From Escherichia phage UE-S1, in sequence record ON568341.1: DNA of 64,000 nt. The stretch is one strand, 5' to 3'. How positions within the stretch are numbered: position 1 is the first letter of the stretch; every line of letters starts with the position of its first letter. Of this stretch, positions 9,061-18,727 are shown piece after piece. The notes beneath the pieces are model-generated. The model saw only the letters and a program-made list of their open reading frames with translations, ran no database searches and was not told where the DNA came from. The position numbers and the translations under genes were made by a program.

Positions 9061-10155
9061 ATGAATTTCATTATTCTGTTAATACCTGCTCTAATCGTCG
9101 TATTCGTTATGAAATACATGTATGATAAGCACATCAGTACTAAAGAATTGATGATTCATATTGGTTGTTGTGTATTAGGTGCTGCTCTTGTACTTGGGAT
9201 TTCATATGCAATTAATTATAGCCAACTATATGATGTAGAGATTTTAAATGGACAAGTAACATCAAAATATAACCATAAAGAAATTTGTACACAATCAAGT
9301 TCATGTAAGCACTATACATGGCATGAGAAGTGTCACACACGATATGATAGCAAAGGTAAATCACATCGTGAGTGTGAATCATATAAAGTGTTTGATTACT
9401 CATATGAAGTTGATTGGTATGTGAAAAGTACAGTGGGTGTATTTGTGATTGAACGTGTAAACCGTCAAGGTACAATGACACCACCACGTTGGCAGCAAGT
9501 TATGATTGGTGACTATGCCGCAGCAGAGAGTTCATATATCAACTATCTATTTGCTGATAAGAACTCATTGTTTAGCCCAGAAGAAATACACAACATATAT
9601 GATGAAAAGTATCTTAGCACTATTCCAGAATACCCAAGTGTAGTTGATTATTACAAAACACATCATGTAATTAACACTACAAATTACAACGTTGATGGTT
9701 ACGATGAATATCTTCGTAATGTGCTAAAAACGATGGGTGCACGTAAACAGGTAAACATCCAAGTTCTGGTGTATAATTACAAAGATAGTGACTTTGTTGC
9801 TGCAACTCTTGCAAAGTGGCGTGGTGGCAAGAAGAATGATGTTATTATGTTCTTTGGTATTGATAATGATGGTAACGTTGTTAAATTCAACAGTACCTCA
9901 TTTGCACAAGGTATGAAGAATGAAGATTTACATGCAAAGATGCGTATTGATGCATTAAATGAAAAATTAACTCTTGACTTATTAACCAAAGAAGTGCATA
10001 ATATTGATACACAATTCGAGAGACTCTCTAATAAAGAGTTTGAGTACTTATCAGTAAAAATGGAACCTAGAAAAGATGTTCTTATTGGTGCTTCCATTGT
10101 ATTGTTGATTCTGTCTATTTTCATTGGCCTTTATATGAGGGATAACAAGTTATGA
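9061..10155 (+). CDS. membrane protein (364 aa)
   Basis: Hydrophobic N- and C-terminal segments; Cys-rich central region. Confidence 0.55.
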   Translation: MNFIILLIPALIVVFVMKYMYDKHISTKELMIHIGCCVLGAALVLGISYAINYSQLYDVEILNGQVTSKYNHKEICTQSSSCKHYTWHEKCHTRYDSKGKSHRECESYKVFDYSYEVDWYVKSTVGVFVIERVNRQGTMTPPRWQQVMIGDYAAAESSYINYLFADKNSLFSPEEIHNIYDEKYLSTIPEYPSVVDYYKTHHVINTTNYNVDGYDEYLRNVLKTMGARKQVNIQVLVYNYKDSDFVAATLAKWRGGKKNDVIMFFGIDNDGNVVKFNSTSFAQGMKNEDLHAKMRIDALNEKLTLDLLTKEVHNIDTQFERLSNKEFEYLSVKMEPRKDVLIGASIVLLILSIFIGLYMRDNKL

Positions 10156-10706
10156 ATGGTAAAATTTATGCGTTGATTGGTATTGTCGTTATTGTATGTC
10201 TGGTGATGATTGGTGCTGTCAGTATGTATGTTGATACACATGACCGTGCAGTTGAATTCGAGGGTAACATTAAAAAGTACCATGACGCGTCTGAAAGCCA
10301 ACTAAGCACCTACACTCTTACCATTCAAGAAAAAGTACAAGTTTCTGATAAGTACAAAGATGCATTGAAAGAAACAATTGAATCATACTTTAAAGGACGT
10401 GATGGGGTTGATCAGAAATTTGTAATGTCACAGATCCAACAACAAGTTCCAAATCTCGATCCTAAGATTTATCAGGAACTAATGGCTACAATTGAATCAG
10501 GGAGAAATAAGTTCAACAATCTTCAGAAAATGAAAATTGATCAGTGTACTGATTATGCAAAGTTCCGTAAAGGTTTTTGGAATTCCAGAGTTCTTGATGA
10601 AAGTATTTTTCCAGGTAAAGAAATTGAACATCTATGTACTGTAGTTTCTGATGTACGTACTAAGAAAGCAATGGATACTGGTATTCAAGAAGTAATTAAA
10701 CTATAA
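10152..10706 (+). CDS. membrane-anchored protein (184 aa)
   Basis: N-terminal hydrophobic helix IYALIGIVVIVCLVMIGAV. Confidence 0.55.
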   Translation: MNGKIYALIGIVVIVCLVMIGAVSMYVDTHDRAVEFEGNIKKYHDASESQLSTYTLTIQEKVQVSDKYKDALKETIESYFKGRDGVDQKFVMSQIQQQVPNLDPKIYQELMATIESGRNKFNNLQKMKIDQCTDYAKFRKGFWNSRVLDESIFPGKEIEHLCTVVSDVRTKKAMDTGIQEVIKL

Positions 10707-10715
10707 TTAAATGTT

Positions 10716-10742
10716 GGGAGTACTTTGTACTCCCCTTTTCTA
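10716..10742 (+). terminator. rho-independent terminator
   Basis: GGGAGTAC-tttg-TACTCCCC followed by TTTTC. Confidence 0.7.
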
Positions 10743-10753
10743 TAGGATGTTCT

Positions 10754-11341
10754 ATGTTTTTAAAAAATACTTATGAATTAATTAAAATGATTCAGCACAT
10801 GACGACAGGTGGTTTGTTCCCCTATTACTCTGAGGATGAAACACATCGTTTAGAACTTAAATTAGATGAAACTGGACGTATTATATCATTAAGAACACCA
10901 GTCCCCAGTGTAGAAACAGTAATTACGCAATCAACTCAAAATTCAGGAACTGCTGTTAAAACACCACAAACATACAACCCTAATTACCCACAACCCCAAA
11001 TGTACACGATTAGTACTCCACCTATTAAACGAGTTGCTTGTATTGTTAATATAAAAGTATCTAAGGACTATCGTGACTTAATATCAGTTGAATGGGCAGA
11101 ACTAACATCATCATTAACAAACAATGGACTTGTAGTAACAAATGCCGGTATAATGCACAACAAAAAAGAAGGACAGCAGATAATGAGTGCGTTATATCTT
11201 AGTAATGGTTATGTTATTATCAATGGTAAATTGTATAGCGATGATGACTCCACTGCATTCACTGAAGATTTGGTTGGTGAAAAAGAATACAGCATTCTTG
11301 AAATTATGAATTTAAAAAAGGTGTATGAAAACCATGATTAG
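10754..11341 (+). CDS. hypothetical protein (195 aa)
   Basis: Track ORF. Confidence 0.5.
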   Translation: MFLKNTYELIKMIQHMTTGGLFPYYSEDETHRLELKLDETGRIISLRTPVPSVETVITQSTQNSGTAVKTPQTYNPNYPQPQMYTISTPPIKRVACIVNIKVSKDYRDLISVEWAELTSSLTNNGLVVTNAGIMHNKKEGQQIMSALYLSNGYVIINGKLYSDDDSTAFTEDLVGEKEYSILEIMNLKKVYENHD

Positions 11342-11906
11342 ATTTCATCAAGATGATTTGCCATTTATTCAAGAACTAGAAGAACAGGTAATAAGTATTA
11401 TGGATGAAATTAGTACTTGGGATATAACAGTTTTTCGAAAGGTATATGATAAAGTGGTGAATTTTAAAAATGTTAATATTGAAGTAAAACATAATAATTT
11501 TTACTTAACAAAACAATTCATTCTAACTCGTCCCGGAACAAAGCAAGTTAAGCGTAATTTGTCGTTTGGACACTTAGTTGGTGCAGAACAGGTGAATGAG
11601 GACTGGATTGATTCCATCTATTCGTACACAAAAGAACTTATACCTGATATTGAGAAAAGATACTATCTTAGTATCACATTAGATGAAAATGGAAATCTTA
11701 ATGCATATTCAATAAATTCGTCGTCAAATGTTCCATTACATTCAATGACGATTGGTGACAAAAAAATACTAATAAATTCTGAAACATGGTACAATCGAGA
11801 AAATTTCGCAGCAGAATCATTTCAGTACTCTGTATCGGAACCGAAGTCACCTTTTGATTTAGTGTTTGTAAATAATATTATTTTGCGTTTTGGTGTAGGA
11901 GTGTAA
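11325..11906 (+). CDS. hypothetical protein (193 aa)
   Basis: Track ORF. Confidence 0.5.
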   Translation: MKTMIRFHQDDLPFIQELEEQVISIMDEISTWDITVFRKVYDKVVNFKNVNIEVKHNNFYLTKQFILTRPGTKQVKRNLSFGHLVGAEQVNEDWIDSIYSYTKELIPDIEKRYYLSITLDENGNLNAYSINSSSNVPLHSMTIGDKKILINSETWYNRENFAAESFQYSVSEPKSPFDLVFVNNIILRFGVGV

Positions 11907-11910
11907 ATTT

Positions 11911-12264
11911 ATGCTAATTTGTTTAAGTGTTGTAGTGGTTTCATTACTTGTCTCATTCGTTGTTCTTAAAATTGTTGCTATTTGTAGAAGTAAGATTGAT
12001 TGTACTGAAACTAGTTCAGTACTTGACTTGATTCTTGATTATCCAAAAAGATGTGGGGTGATTGTATTAGTTGTTCTTATCATGAATACATATATTATCA
12101 GAGGACATTTATATAATATGTATGATTGTAGTATTCGTTCCATTTCACAAGGTGTTGACACAGACTATAGTTGGTATTATGAAAAATGTCGATTCAAAAA
12201 CCAACATGGTATTTGGGTTGATTTTGATAAACTACGCGGAACACCGACAGGGGAAGAAGAATAA
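11911..12264 (+). CDS. hypothetical membrane protein (117 aa)
   Basis: Hydrophobic N-terminus. Confidence 0.45.
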   Translation: MLICLSVVVVSLLVSFVVLKIVAICRSKIDCTETSSVLDLILDYPKRCGVIVLVVLIMNTYIIRGHLYNMYDCSIRSISQGVDTDYSWYYEKCRFKNQHGIWVDFDKLRGTPTGEEE

Positions 12265-12266
12265 TC

Positions 12267-12758
12267 ATGTTTGAATTTCCTGAAGAGTCATTCAATTTTA
12301 TTGACCCTACAGATGATGGATATCAACATATTAACATTTATAGTAAAGCTAAAACTAAGTTAGGTAGAGATCTATCTAACTTTTCTTCTCATAGCTTCAC
12401 TCTTGAACCATATGGATGGTTCCCATCGGTTGAAACATTTTATTTTTGGTTTTTGACTGGTCAAAAGCATGATGATCTTCGACGAGTATCTGGTCCAGCA
12501 GCGAAGGCGGCAGCGAACAAATATATGCATGATAGAATCGAAATGACCGATGAATGTATTTCTATTATACAAGATGCAATTTGTGCCAAGATAATTCAAA
12601 ATCCAGAGTTAGCTGAAAGATTAAGAAAAAGTTCTTTACCATTTTACCATTACTACGTATATGGTGGAAAAGTGGTTGATGTGTCCGACGAACATGACTG
12701 GTTTGTAAAAACATTTGAATATATAAGAACTGCATTAAAGGAAATCCATAATGGGTAA
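12267..12758 (+). CDS. NADAR/YbiA-like (DUF1768) hydrolase
   Basis: LSNFSSHSF ... WFPSVETFYFW ... SGPAAKAAAN matches NADAR pattern FSNF...EH.YQA.K...SP.AK. Confidence 0.55.
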   Translation: MFEFPEESFNFIDPTDDGYQHINIYSKAKTKLGRDLSNFSSHSFTLEPYGWFPSVETFYFWFLTGQKHDDLRRVSGPAAKAAANKYMHDRIEMTDECISIIQDAICAKIIQNPELAERLRKSSLPFYHYYVYGGKVVDVSDEHDWFVKTFEYIRTALKEIHNG

Positions 12759-13029
12759 ATGTTGGGTATGTTTAAAGATGTTCGAAGAGGAATATGAAAT
12801 AACATTAGATGTATTTCAACAGCAGTACATGGTGTGCAATGGAAAATACAAACTTGATACATATCCAACCCCCAAGTACATGGGAATATGTCCTGTGTGT
12901 GATGCAAATGGTGTGTCTAATAGTGAGATTTCATTCACTAACCAAGCTACAACCAACTGTGTAGCGGAGTATATAAGAAAGAATCGAGAGTATTTTATTT
13001 GGAGATTATATGAACGACAAAATCTTTGA
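12751..13029 (+). CDS. zinc-ribbon mini-protein (92 aa)
   Basis: CWVC ... CPVC Cys pairs. Confidence 0.45.
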   Translation: MGKCWVCLKMFEEEYEITLDVFQQQYMVCNGKYKLDTYPTPKYMGICPVCDANGVSNSEISFTNQATTNCVAEYIRKNREYFIWRLYERQNL

Positions 13030-13240
13030 TACATATAACATCGATACTTTACTAACACCATCTGACAACAGTACTGTTAAAATGGACATGTACTGGATTG
13101 TAGTTGATAAAAAAGTGTTTAGACATAAAATTACTAAAGTTTGGCAATGTAATAAAAACAAATCTATTGTTGAAGGATTGGCACAATGCATTCCTAATGC
13201 AGAGGTATTATTTTTTCCATATGCATACACCAAGGAATAA
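13010..13240 (+). CDS. hypothetical protein (76 aa)
   Basis: Track ORF. Confidence 0.4.
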   Translation: MNDKIFDTYNIDTLLTPSDNSTVKMDMYWIVVDKKVFRHKITKVWQCNKNKSIVEGLAQCIPNAEVLFFPYAYTKE

Positions 13241-13241
13241 C

Positions 13242-13403
13242 ATGAAAAAAAGTTGGATTGTGTTGGTGATACCTGTTATAATGTTGTTATTGGCATTTTT
13301 CACTCCCTATAGTAATATATTAGCTCTTAATATAGTGGAGATGATTCTTCTTGTAATTCACTGTATCGTGTGTTATAATTATATAAAAGGTGATAAAGAA
13401 TGA
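13242..13403 (+). CDS. small membrane protein (53 aa)
   Basis: ATG at 13242 directly after upstream stop; MKKSWIVLVIPVIMLLLAFF hydrophobic. Confidence 0.4.
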   Translation: MKKSWIVLVIPVIMLLLAFFTPYSNILALNIVEMILLVIHCIVCYNYIKGDKE

Positions 13404-13822
13404 AGTTTTTTAAAATTCGAATTGGTGTAAGTTCTGGGTTATCTCATTGGGTGTTTTATGATTTACCGGATAGCTATACGGTTGATGATGTAATTGACTT
13501 ATATACAGAAGACCAACAATGGATATTCGACACCGAAACGTATCAAATTGATTGTCAAGAGATTAATGAAGATGATTACAAGCACGGGAAACAAGCAATG
13601 AAGTATTTTGAAACGAATGTCAAAATGCTTTCAGAAAATATATTTCCTGTAAAAGAATGGGCGATTTTGCTTGCGAATCCAAAAAAACCTGTTAGAATTG
13701 GTTATCCAAATTTTCATATGGTGTATAGAATGAATGATAAACGTGAGCTTAATTATCAATACGATTATGATTCATCTAAGTTTGGGGTTCTTAAACAATT
13801 TTTAAAGGCTTATCCAGTATGA
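13400..13822 (+). CDS. hypothetical protein (140 aa)
   Basis: Track ORF. Confidence 0.5.
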   Translation: MKFFKIRIGVSSGLSHWVFYDLPDSYTVDDVIDLYTEDQQWIFDTETYQIDCQEINEDDYKHGKQAMKYFETNVKMLSENIFPVKEWAILLANPKKPVRIGYPNFHMVYRMNDKRELNYQYDYDSSKFGVLKQFLKAYPV

Positions 13823-14154
13823 GTGAAGATAGTAAAGAGTATATTTTACGTTGTTCTTGTGGCGATAAAATGGAGCATTGCGTTCACATTGCACAATTTG
13901 ACTTGACTGAGGAATATGGAGATGATAAACTTGGTCAATGTCTTATTAGTATGCGTTTAAATCCTTTTTTAAAATGGTATAAACGTGTATGGGTGGCAGT
14001 AAAGTACATTTTTGGCGTAAACGACTATCAATACGTAGAAGCAACAATTGATGTTGACATTCTAAAAGATGTTGTGATACAATTAGAAGATACTCGTTCT
14101 GATGAGGTTAAGAAAGAAGAAAGAGAAAAACGTACTGATGTGAAGGTTTTATGA
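13819..14154 (+). CDS. hypothetical protein (111 aa), Cys motif CSCGD...CVH
   Basis: Track ORF. Confidence 0.5.
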   Translation: MSEDSKEYILRCSCGDKMEHCVHIAQFDLTEEYGDDKLGQCLISMRLNPFLKWYKRVWVAVKYIFGVNDYQYVEATIDVDILKDVVIQLEDTRSDEVKKEEREKRTDVKVL

Positions 14155-14345
14155 GTACTGAACTTTATGAAAAAAAGTACTGTACAAATTGTTCAACTGA
14201 GTATACAATACAAGGTATGTTAATTTGTACAATATGTCAATCAAAGCAATCAGCCACGTTTATCGTTGATGATAGATTTGGCGATTTAAAACAGTTTAAA
14301 GCAAACCGCAATCTTCGTATTTTTAGCAATCTAAATAAGGAATAA
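14151..14345 (+). CDS. zinc-ribbon mini-protein (64 aa)
   Basis: CTNC ... CTIC. Confidence 0.45.
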   Translation: MSTELYEKKYCTNCSTEYTIQGMLICTICQSKQSATFIVDDRFGDLKQFKANRNLRIFSNLNKE

Positions 14346-14348
14346 TAT

Positions 14349-14777
14349 ATGAATATCGAACAAACTATCCGTAATCATTCTTTCTTCGCACCAGAAACTG
14401 GTCGTGTTATCGAGAATATCAAAATTGAAGAACTCATGATTAATGTTAAATACAAAGAACTAAATGATGAGATTAGTAGTACCATTTGTGCTCTACGTGC
14501 ACCATTCCGAGACGAAAAAGCCAAAAAACCAGCATATGTTCTTGCAATTGCACTAGGGTGTGTCGTTAAACTGGCAGTTGATGAAAATATTATCAACATC
14601 AAAGTCGCACCAAGTAATGACGAAGATAACATTGATTTGAACTTCGATGGTAATCTTGATGAAGATGTATTTTTCCAACAATCACTTGTTTATGATTTCC
14701 GCACAGTTACACATTCTCATATCAACTTCGTCAATGAAATGGTTGATATTGTGGCGAAATATGAAGAATCACTATAA
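14349..14777 (+). CDS. FQxS-motif paralog family member (142 aa)
   Basis: C-terminal DEDVFFQQSLVYDF. Confidence 0.6.
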   Translation: MNIEQTIRNHSFFAPETGRVIENIKIEELMINVKYKELNDEISSTICALRAPFRDEKAKKPAYVLAIALGCVVKLAVDENIINIKVAPSNDEDNIDLNFDGNLDEDVFFQQSLVYDFRTVTHSHINFVNEMVDIVAKYEESL

Positions 14778-14786
14778 GTAAATATA

Positions 14787-14812
14787 AAAGCCTCCATAAT
14801 GGAGGCTTTTCT
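14787..14812 (+). terminator. rho-independent terminator
   Basis: AAAGCCTCC-ataat-GGAGGCTTTT. Confidence 0.7.
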
Positions 14813-14831
14813 CACATAAGGTAATGATAAT

Positions 14832-15383
14832 ATGATTGAACAAATTAAAATTCTCACAAAGCAAATTACCGATTTTCTTTCAGACAAAGATGGTTTTCAA
14901 ACAGAAGTAAAAATGCACGGTGTTAGTCTTGATGTTATTTCCCCTGATTCTAATGTGACAAATTATGATATGTATGAGTTATTCCTTTACACGTTAGCAG
15001 TACGTAAGTTAGGAAGTGATATTGAACTTAATATTAATACTAATAGCGAAGGAAATAAAATTTTTGCAATCAACACGAGTGCCAAATTTGATATTAATGC
15101 AGAAATTAAAAAAATCAATGAAAGTTTTGTTGGTTTTAAACATGATTCTATTCAAGGTGTTTTTGTAGGAAAACAAACATCCACAAGTCAATACCCATAC
15201 TGCATTATGACTTTATACAAAAATGGAGATTGGATGCGACAAGATTTAGTTTATGCTGAATTGTTGTATGCGTTTACACATGATCTTGTAATTGAATTGG
15301 ATGACAGTGCTTTTTGTTTTAAGAAAATCAGAAAATTAACCAATGATATACAAACACAACTTAAAGAATTAAATGATAAATAA
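14832..15383 (+). CDS. hypothetical protein (183 aa)
   Basis: Track ORF. Confidence 0.55.
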   Translation: MIEQIKILTKQITDFLSDKDGFQTEVKMHGVSLDVISPDSNVTNYDMYELFLYTLAVRKLGSDIELNINTNSEGNKIFAINTSAKFDINAEIKKINESFVGFKHDSIQGVFVGKQTSTSQYPYCIMTLYKNGDWMRQDLVYAELLYAFTHDLVIELDDSAFCFKKIRKLTNDIQTQLKELNDK

Positions 15384-15502
15384 ATATACCAGAAATGGTT
15401 AACATATCATGTTACTTCCTCCCTTACATAATAATGATGCGTTGTTATATTTTTTCATTATATTATTATTTTCTTTTTATATTGTACAAAATTATATTAG
15501 TA

Positions 15503-15528
15503 CTGCCCCGTTCTTCGGGGCATTTTTT
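15503..15528 (+). terminator. rho-independent terminator
   Basis: TGCCCCG-ttctt-CGGGGCA followed by TTTTTT. Confidence 0.7.
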
Positions 15529-15549
15529 ATTATCTAAAATTGAGGATAT

Positions 15550-15945
15550 ATGAAAAATAACATCGGAACTTCAATAATTAACCCACTTTCTTATTACCTT
15601 GAAAAATTTAGAAGTACAAATGGCAAGAAATTTAATAATATATTTCAGTTCTCCCATAAAGAATATATTACTATTGATCATTTCTCTAAGAAACTAATGT
15701 ATGTAAATGATAATAATCATATTATTAAACTATCATTCGATATTGAATTAGACAAATTGACATTTACTGAATACATTAATAAAAAAACTTCATTTTTAAA
15801 CACATATAATAGAAAAGTATATAGGAACATTTCAATGTACCTAAATGACGAATATTACTTTCAACAATCTACAATTGAAGAGGTATTATTCAGCACTGAA
15901 GAATTAAAAGAATTATTTTATTGGCATGAGAAATTTATCTCTTGA
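15550..15945 (+). CDS. FQxS-motif paralog family member (131 aa)
   Basis: C-terminal NDEYYFQQSTIEEV; GAGGA RBS. Confidence 0.6.
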   Translation: MKNNIGTSIINPLSYYLEKFRSTNGKKFNNIFQFSHKEYITIDHFSKKLMYVNDNNHIIKLSFDIELDKLTFTEYINKKTSFLNTYNRKVYRNISMYLNDEYYFQQSTIEEVLFSTEELKELFYWHEKFIS

Positions 15946-15970
15946 CATTGTGATGGTTTTCTTCTAAAAT
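15942..15970 (+). promoter_or_regulatory. sigma70-like promoter (TTGACA-N17-TAAAAT)
   Basis: Hexamers upstream of ORF 15998. Confidence 0.5.
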
Positions 15971-15997
15971 ACAAGATAATATGTTGAGGATTAGTTT

Positions 15998-16408
15998 ATG
16001 AGTTTAGATTTACACAATGAACTAAAATATTTTTTGGATTTGGATATATCAGAATTGAACCAACACATCAATCATATAACTAGTACTGTGTGGTGGTCCA
16101 ATGAGCATGATGACCCAATTATACAACTAAGTGATAAGTCATCAGTTATGCGATTTTATAAGATTAATCATAAAAATAACATCAAGATCACATATATACC
16201 ATATAAAAACATATTACTAGTTGAAACACTTAATCCAAGTTCTTTATTAAAAATCACCGATTTAGATACATTACAAACAAGTGAATCTTTATTCCAACGT
16301 TCATTAGTTGATGATCTTGGTGGTATTACTTTTGAAGATATATTACAATTGAAGAAGATGTATAGTGAATTGTTAGAGATTAAAAACACTTTAGTAATGG
16401 GATATTGA
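15998..16408 (+). CDS. FQxS-motif paralog family member (136 aa)
   Basis: C-terminal SESLFQRSLVDDLGGITFEDI. Confidence 0.6.
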   Translation: MSLDLHNELKYFLDLDISELNQHINHITSTVWWSNEHDDPIIQLSDKSSVMRFYKINHKNNIKITYIPYKNILLVETLNPSSLLKITDLDTLQTSESLFQRSLVDDLGGITFEDILQLKKMYSELLEIKNTLVMGY

Positions 16409-16409
16409 T

Positions 16410-16814
16410 ATGGTAAGTTTATTAGATATTGACAATACCAGTTTAGTGTTGGTGAAAAAAGGTTTAATCCCCAATTCTACAAAAATTGATTATGCTGTTA
16501 TTGAAACAAATATGGGAAATATTTGGTATGATTCCGAAAGGGATATTGTGATTAGCTGCGTAGACAGTGACCGTGCTGAGTGTTGTAGAGTCGGTCATGA
16601 CGGACAATTTGTTTTTGAATTTCGTTATTGGAAGGACGCAAAATTTCACCAAGAACTGGTTGCATTGTCAAACGAACTGTATACAGAAGAAACTTTCTTC
16701 ATGGAAAGTACTATTAATAATGTTGGCTCAGTAACGTATGAGCACTATAAAAAAGTATATACACTATCCAGAGAAGTTATGAAAATTATCAGAACTGCTG
16801 AAGGTAAAGAATAA
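16410..16814 (+). CDS. FQxS-motif paralog family member (134 aa)
   Basis: C-terminal TEETFFMESTINNVGSVT. Confidence 0.6.
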   Translation: MVSLLDIDNTSLVLVKKGLIPNSTKIDYAVIETNMGNIWYDSERDIVISCVDSDRAECCRVGHDGQFVFEFRYWKDAKFHQELVALSNELYTEETFFMESTINNVGSVTYEHYKKVYTLSREVMKIIRTAEGKE

Positions 16815-16815
16815 C

Positions 16816-17187
16816 ATGACTACTATATATGATATTTTGGGTGTTCTGAGTAGAAATATAGATGATGATTTTGTTATTGTTCAAGATACTAGAAATACAT
16901 TTCAACTACCAATAGGTTCACCAGATAGGTTAATTTTTAATAGATACTCAAATGAACTAACTTACATCCATGATGGGATTGCAATTGTATCAGTTTCTAT
17001 AAACGACTATACAATACGATATGTATATGACTTCAACGATTATTGTACAAGAATCCACAGTATTGATATTTCCGAAGAGGAACTATTCCAATTGTCATTG
17101 ATTGAGAAAAATGTAATAGGAATTACAGAAATTGATATTGTTAAAAAAGCATTAGACTATACAAATATAAAAATTAATGGTGAGTGA
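16816..17187 (+). CDS. FQxS-motif paralog family member (123 aa)
   Basis: C-terminal SEEELFQLSLIEKNVIGIT. Confidence 0.6.
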   Translation: MTTIYDILGVLSRNIDDDFVIVQDTRNTFQLPIGSPDRLIFNRYSNELTYIHDGIAIVSVSINDYTIRYVYDFNDYCTRIHSIDISEEELFQLSLIEKNVIGITEIDIVKKALDYTNIKINGE

Positions 17188-17189
17188 GG

Positions 17190-17636
17190 ATGAATGTTGA
17201 CGAAATAAAAAAACATTTTGAAATTGCATTATCTTGTAATTTTGATACCAAAAGTGTAGTATCACCTAAAGAGTATATACATATTAGCAGTTCTTATTCA
17301 CATTCATGTATAGTCCATATTGAAAAGACCTATGACCGTACTGAGTTATCGTTTTACAACCCACTTATTAGAACAACATCAGTTATGTTAATATACAATA
17401 CAATATCTGACATTATTGAAATTATTTCAACTTATACTGATGTGACTTGCACAACTATATATAATGCAAGTACATGCATAACAGAAGAAGGATATTTCCA
17501 GGAGTCACTTATTCAAAATTTTAATTATGATTATAAAGATTTAAGTTATATAGTCTTAAGTTTTGAAAAAATAAATGAAATGGTTTTGTCATTATTTGAC
17601 ATAATCGAACAAAATCCAAAGGTAATCAAATGCTAA
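17190..17636 (+). CDS. FQxS-motif paralog family member (~148 aa)
   Basis: C-terminal TEEGYFQESLIQNF; ATG at 17190 after GAGTGAGG (track start is GTG at 17184). Confidence 0.6.
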   Translation: MNVDEIKKHFEIALSCNFDTKSVVSPKEYIHISSSYSHSCIVHIEKTYDRTELSFYNPLIRTTSVMLIYNTISDIIEIISTYTDVTCTTIYNASTCITEEGYFQESLIQNFNYDYKDLSYIVLSFEKINEMVLSLFDIIEQNPKVIKC

Positions 17637-18070
17637 ATCCAAAAAAGTTTTTTGATTTATTAGGTATTACATCTATACCGGATTTAACAAGTGAAACAAA
17701 CGAATATCGTGATGTTGGAATTGTATCATTGGAATATGATACATTTGACTTTAAATGTTACATAACATATGATGTTGAAACCTATACTAAAAAATCATCA
17801 TACATTTTTGTGTTCATATATAATGATTATAGTGATAATAAACTGAATGATGTTCATATTGACACATTCGAAATATGTGGTAATATTATATCAGATGAAT
17901 CGTCATCTACATTTGATTTGGAGTTAAACAGTACTGAAGAGTCACTTTTTCAGTTGAGTACTATAAGTGACACTATATTAACACCAGATGACATTGAGAA
18001 ATTTAAAGAACATCTTGACGCAGTTCGTGAGATGTTCTATAATCATTATCCAGAAGTGGAGTTCAAATAA
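17630..18070 (+). CDS. FQxS-motif paralog family member (146 aa)
   Basis: C-terminal STEESLFQLSTISDTILT. Confidence 0.6.
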   Translation: MLNPKKFFDLLGITSIPDLTSETNEYRDVGIVSLEYDTFDFKCYITYDVETYTKKSSYIFVFIYNDYSDNKLNDVHIDTFEICGNIISDESSSTFDLELNSTEESLFQLSTISDTILTPDDIEKFKEHLDAVREMFYNHYPEVEFK

Positions 18071-18084
18071 CTAAAGGTAATAAG

Positions 18085-18345
18085 ATGACTAAAGTAGTTC
18101 GTAAACGCCATATGATGAACATGGATGAATTTCGCACATTTGACAAATATCGTACTATGTTTCGTATGCTTTCACAGGGCCGCCCAATTGTCATTGTAAC
18201 AGAGAATTACATGTCACCTGAGATTATGTTTGGTAATTATGAAAAGGTCTTCATGCTGTACGTGAAGCGTGGATTACTTACAATCAAGACATTAGCTGAA
18301 GCAACTGATGAAGATATGGATGGTGATAATACCTTTACCATGTGA
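18085..18345 (+). CDS. hypothetical protein (86 aa)
   Basis: Track ORF. Confidence 0.45.
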   Translation: MTKVVRKRHMMNMDEFRTFDKYRTMFRMLSQGRPIVIVTENYMSPEIMFGNYEKVFMLYVKRGLLTIKTLAEATDEDMDGDNTFTM

Positions 18346-18384
18346 GGAAATATATGTCTGAAAAACCAAAAGAACCTTTAGACC

Positions 18385-18675
18385 GTGATGATGATTTTTA
18401 TGACGAACGATATGGAGATGATAATGAGTGAACATAGTGCGGTGCTTAAAAAGATTTTAAAGGAAATTGATGGTGAGTTTAATGTCACAGAAGAAGAATA
18501 TCAGCATTGGAAGAAAGATTTCGAACAACTAACCGAGTATGATAAAGTGTTCAATATGATTGGTGTAATTAGCCAGTACTTACTCGGTGGAGGACGTGCA
18601 AGTGCTTCAATTCTGGCATCTGCAATCATCTGTACATCACGATGGTGTGATGAAAAAAGTTTGGAAGATTTCTAA
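18385..18675 (+). CDS. hypothetical protein (96 aa)
   Basis: Track ORF; start uncertain. Confidence 0.4.
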   Translation: MMMIFMTNDMEMIMSEHSAVLKKILKEIDGEFNVTEEEYQHWKKDFEQLTEYDKVFNMIGVISQYLLGGGRASASILASAIICTSRWCDEKSLEDF

Positions 18676-18727
18676 ATAAGATGCTATAATATATTATAGT
18701 ACCTTAACAATATAAAAAGGATTTTAT

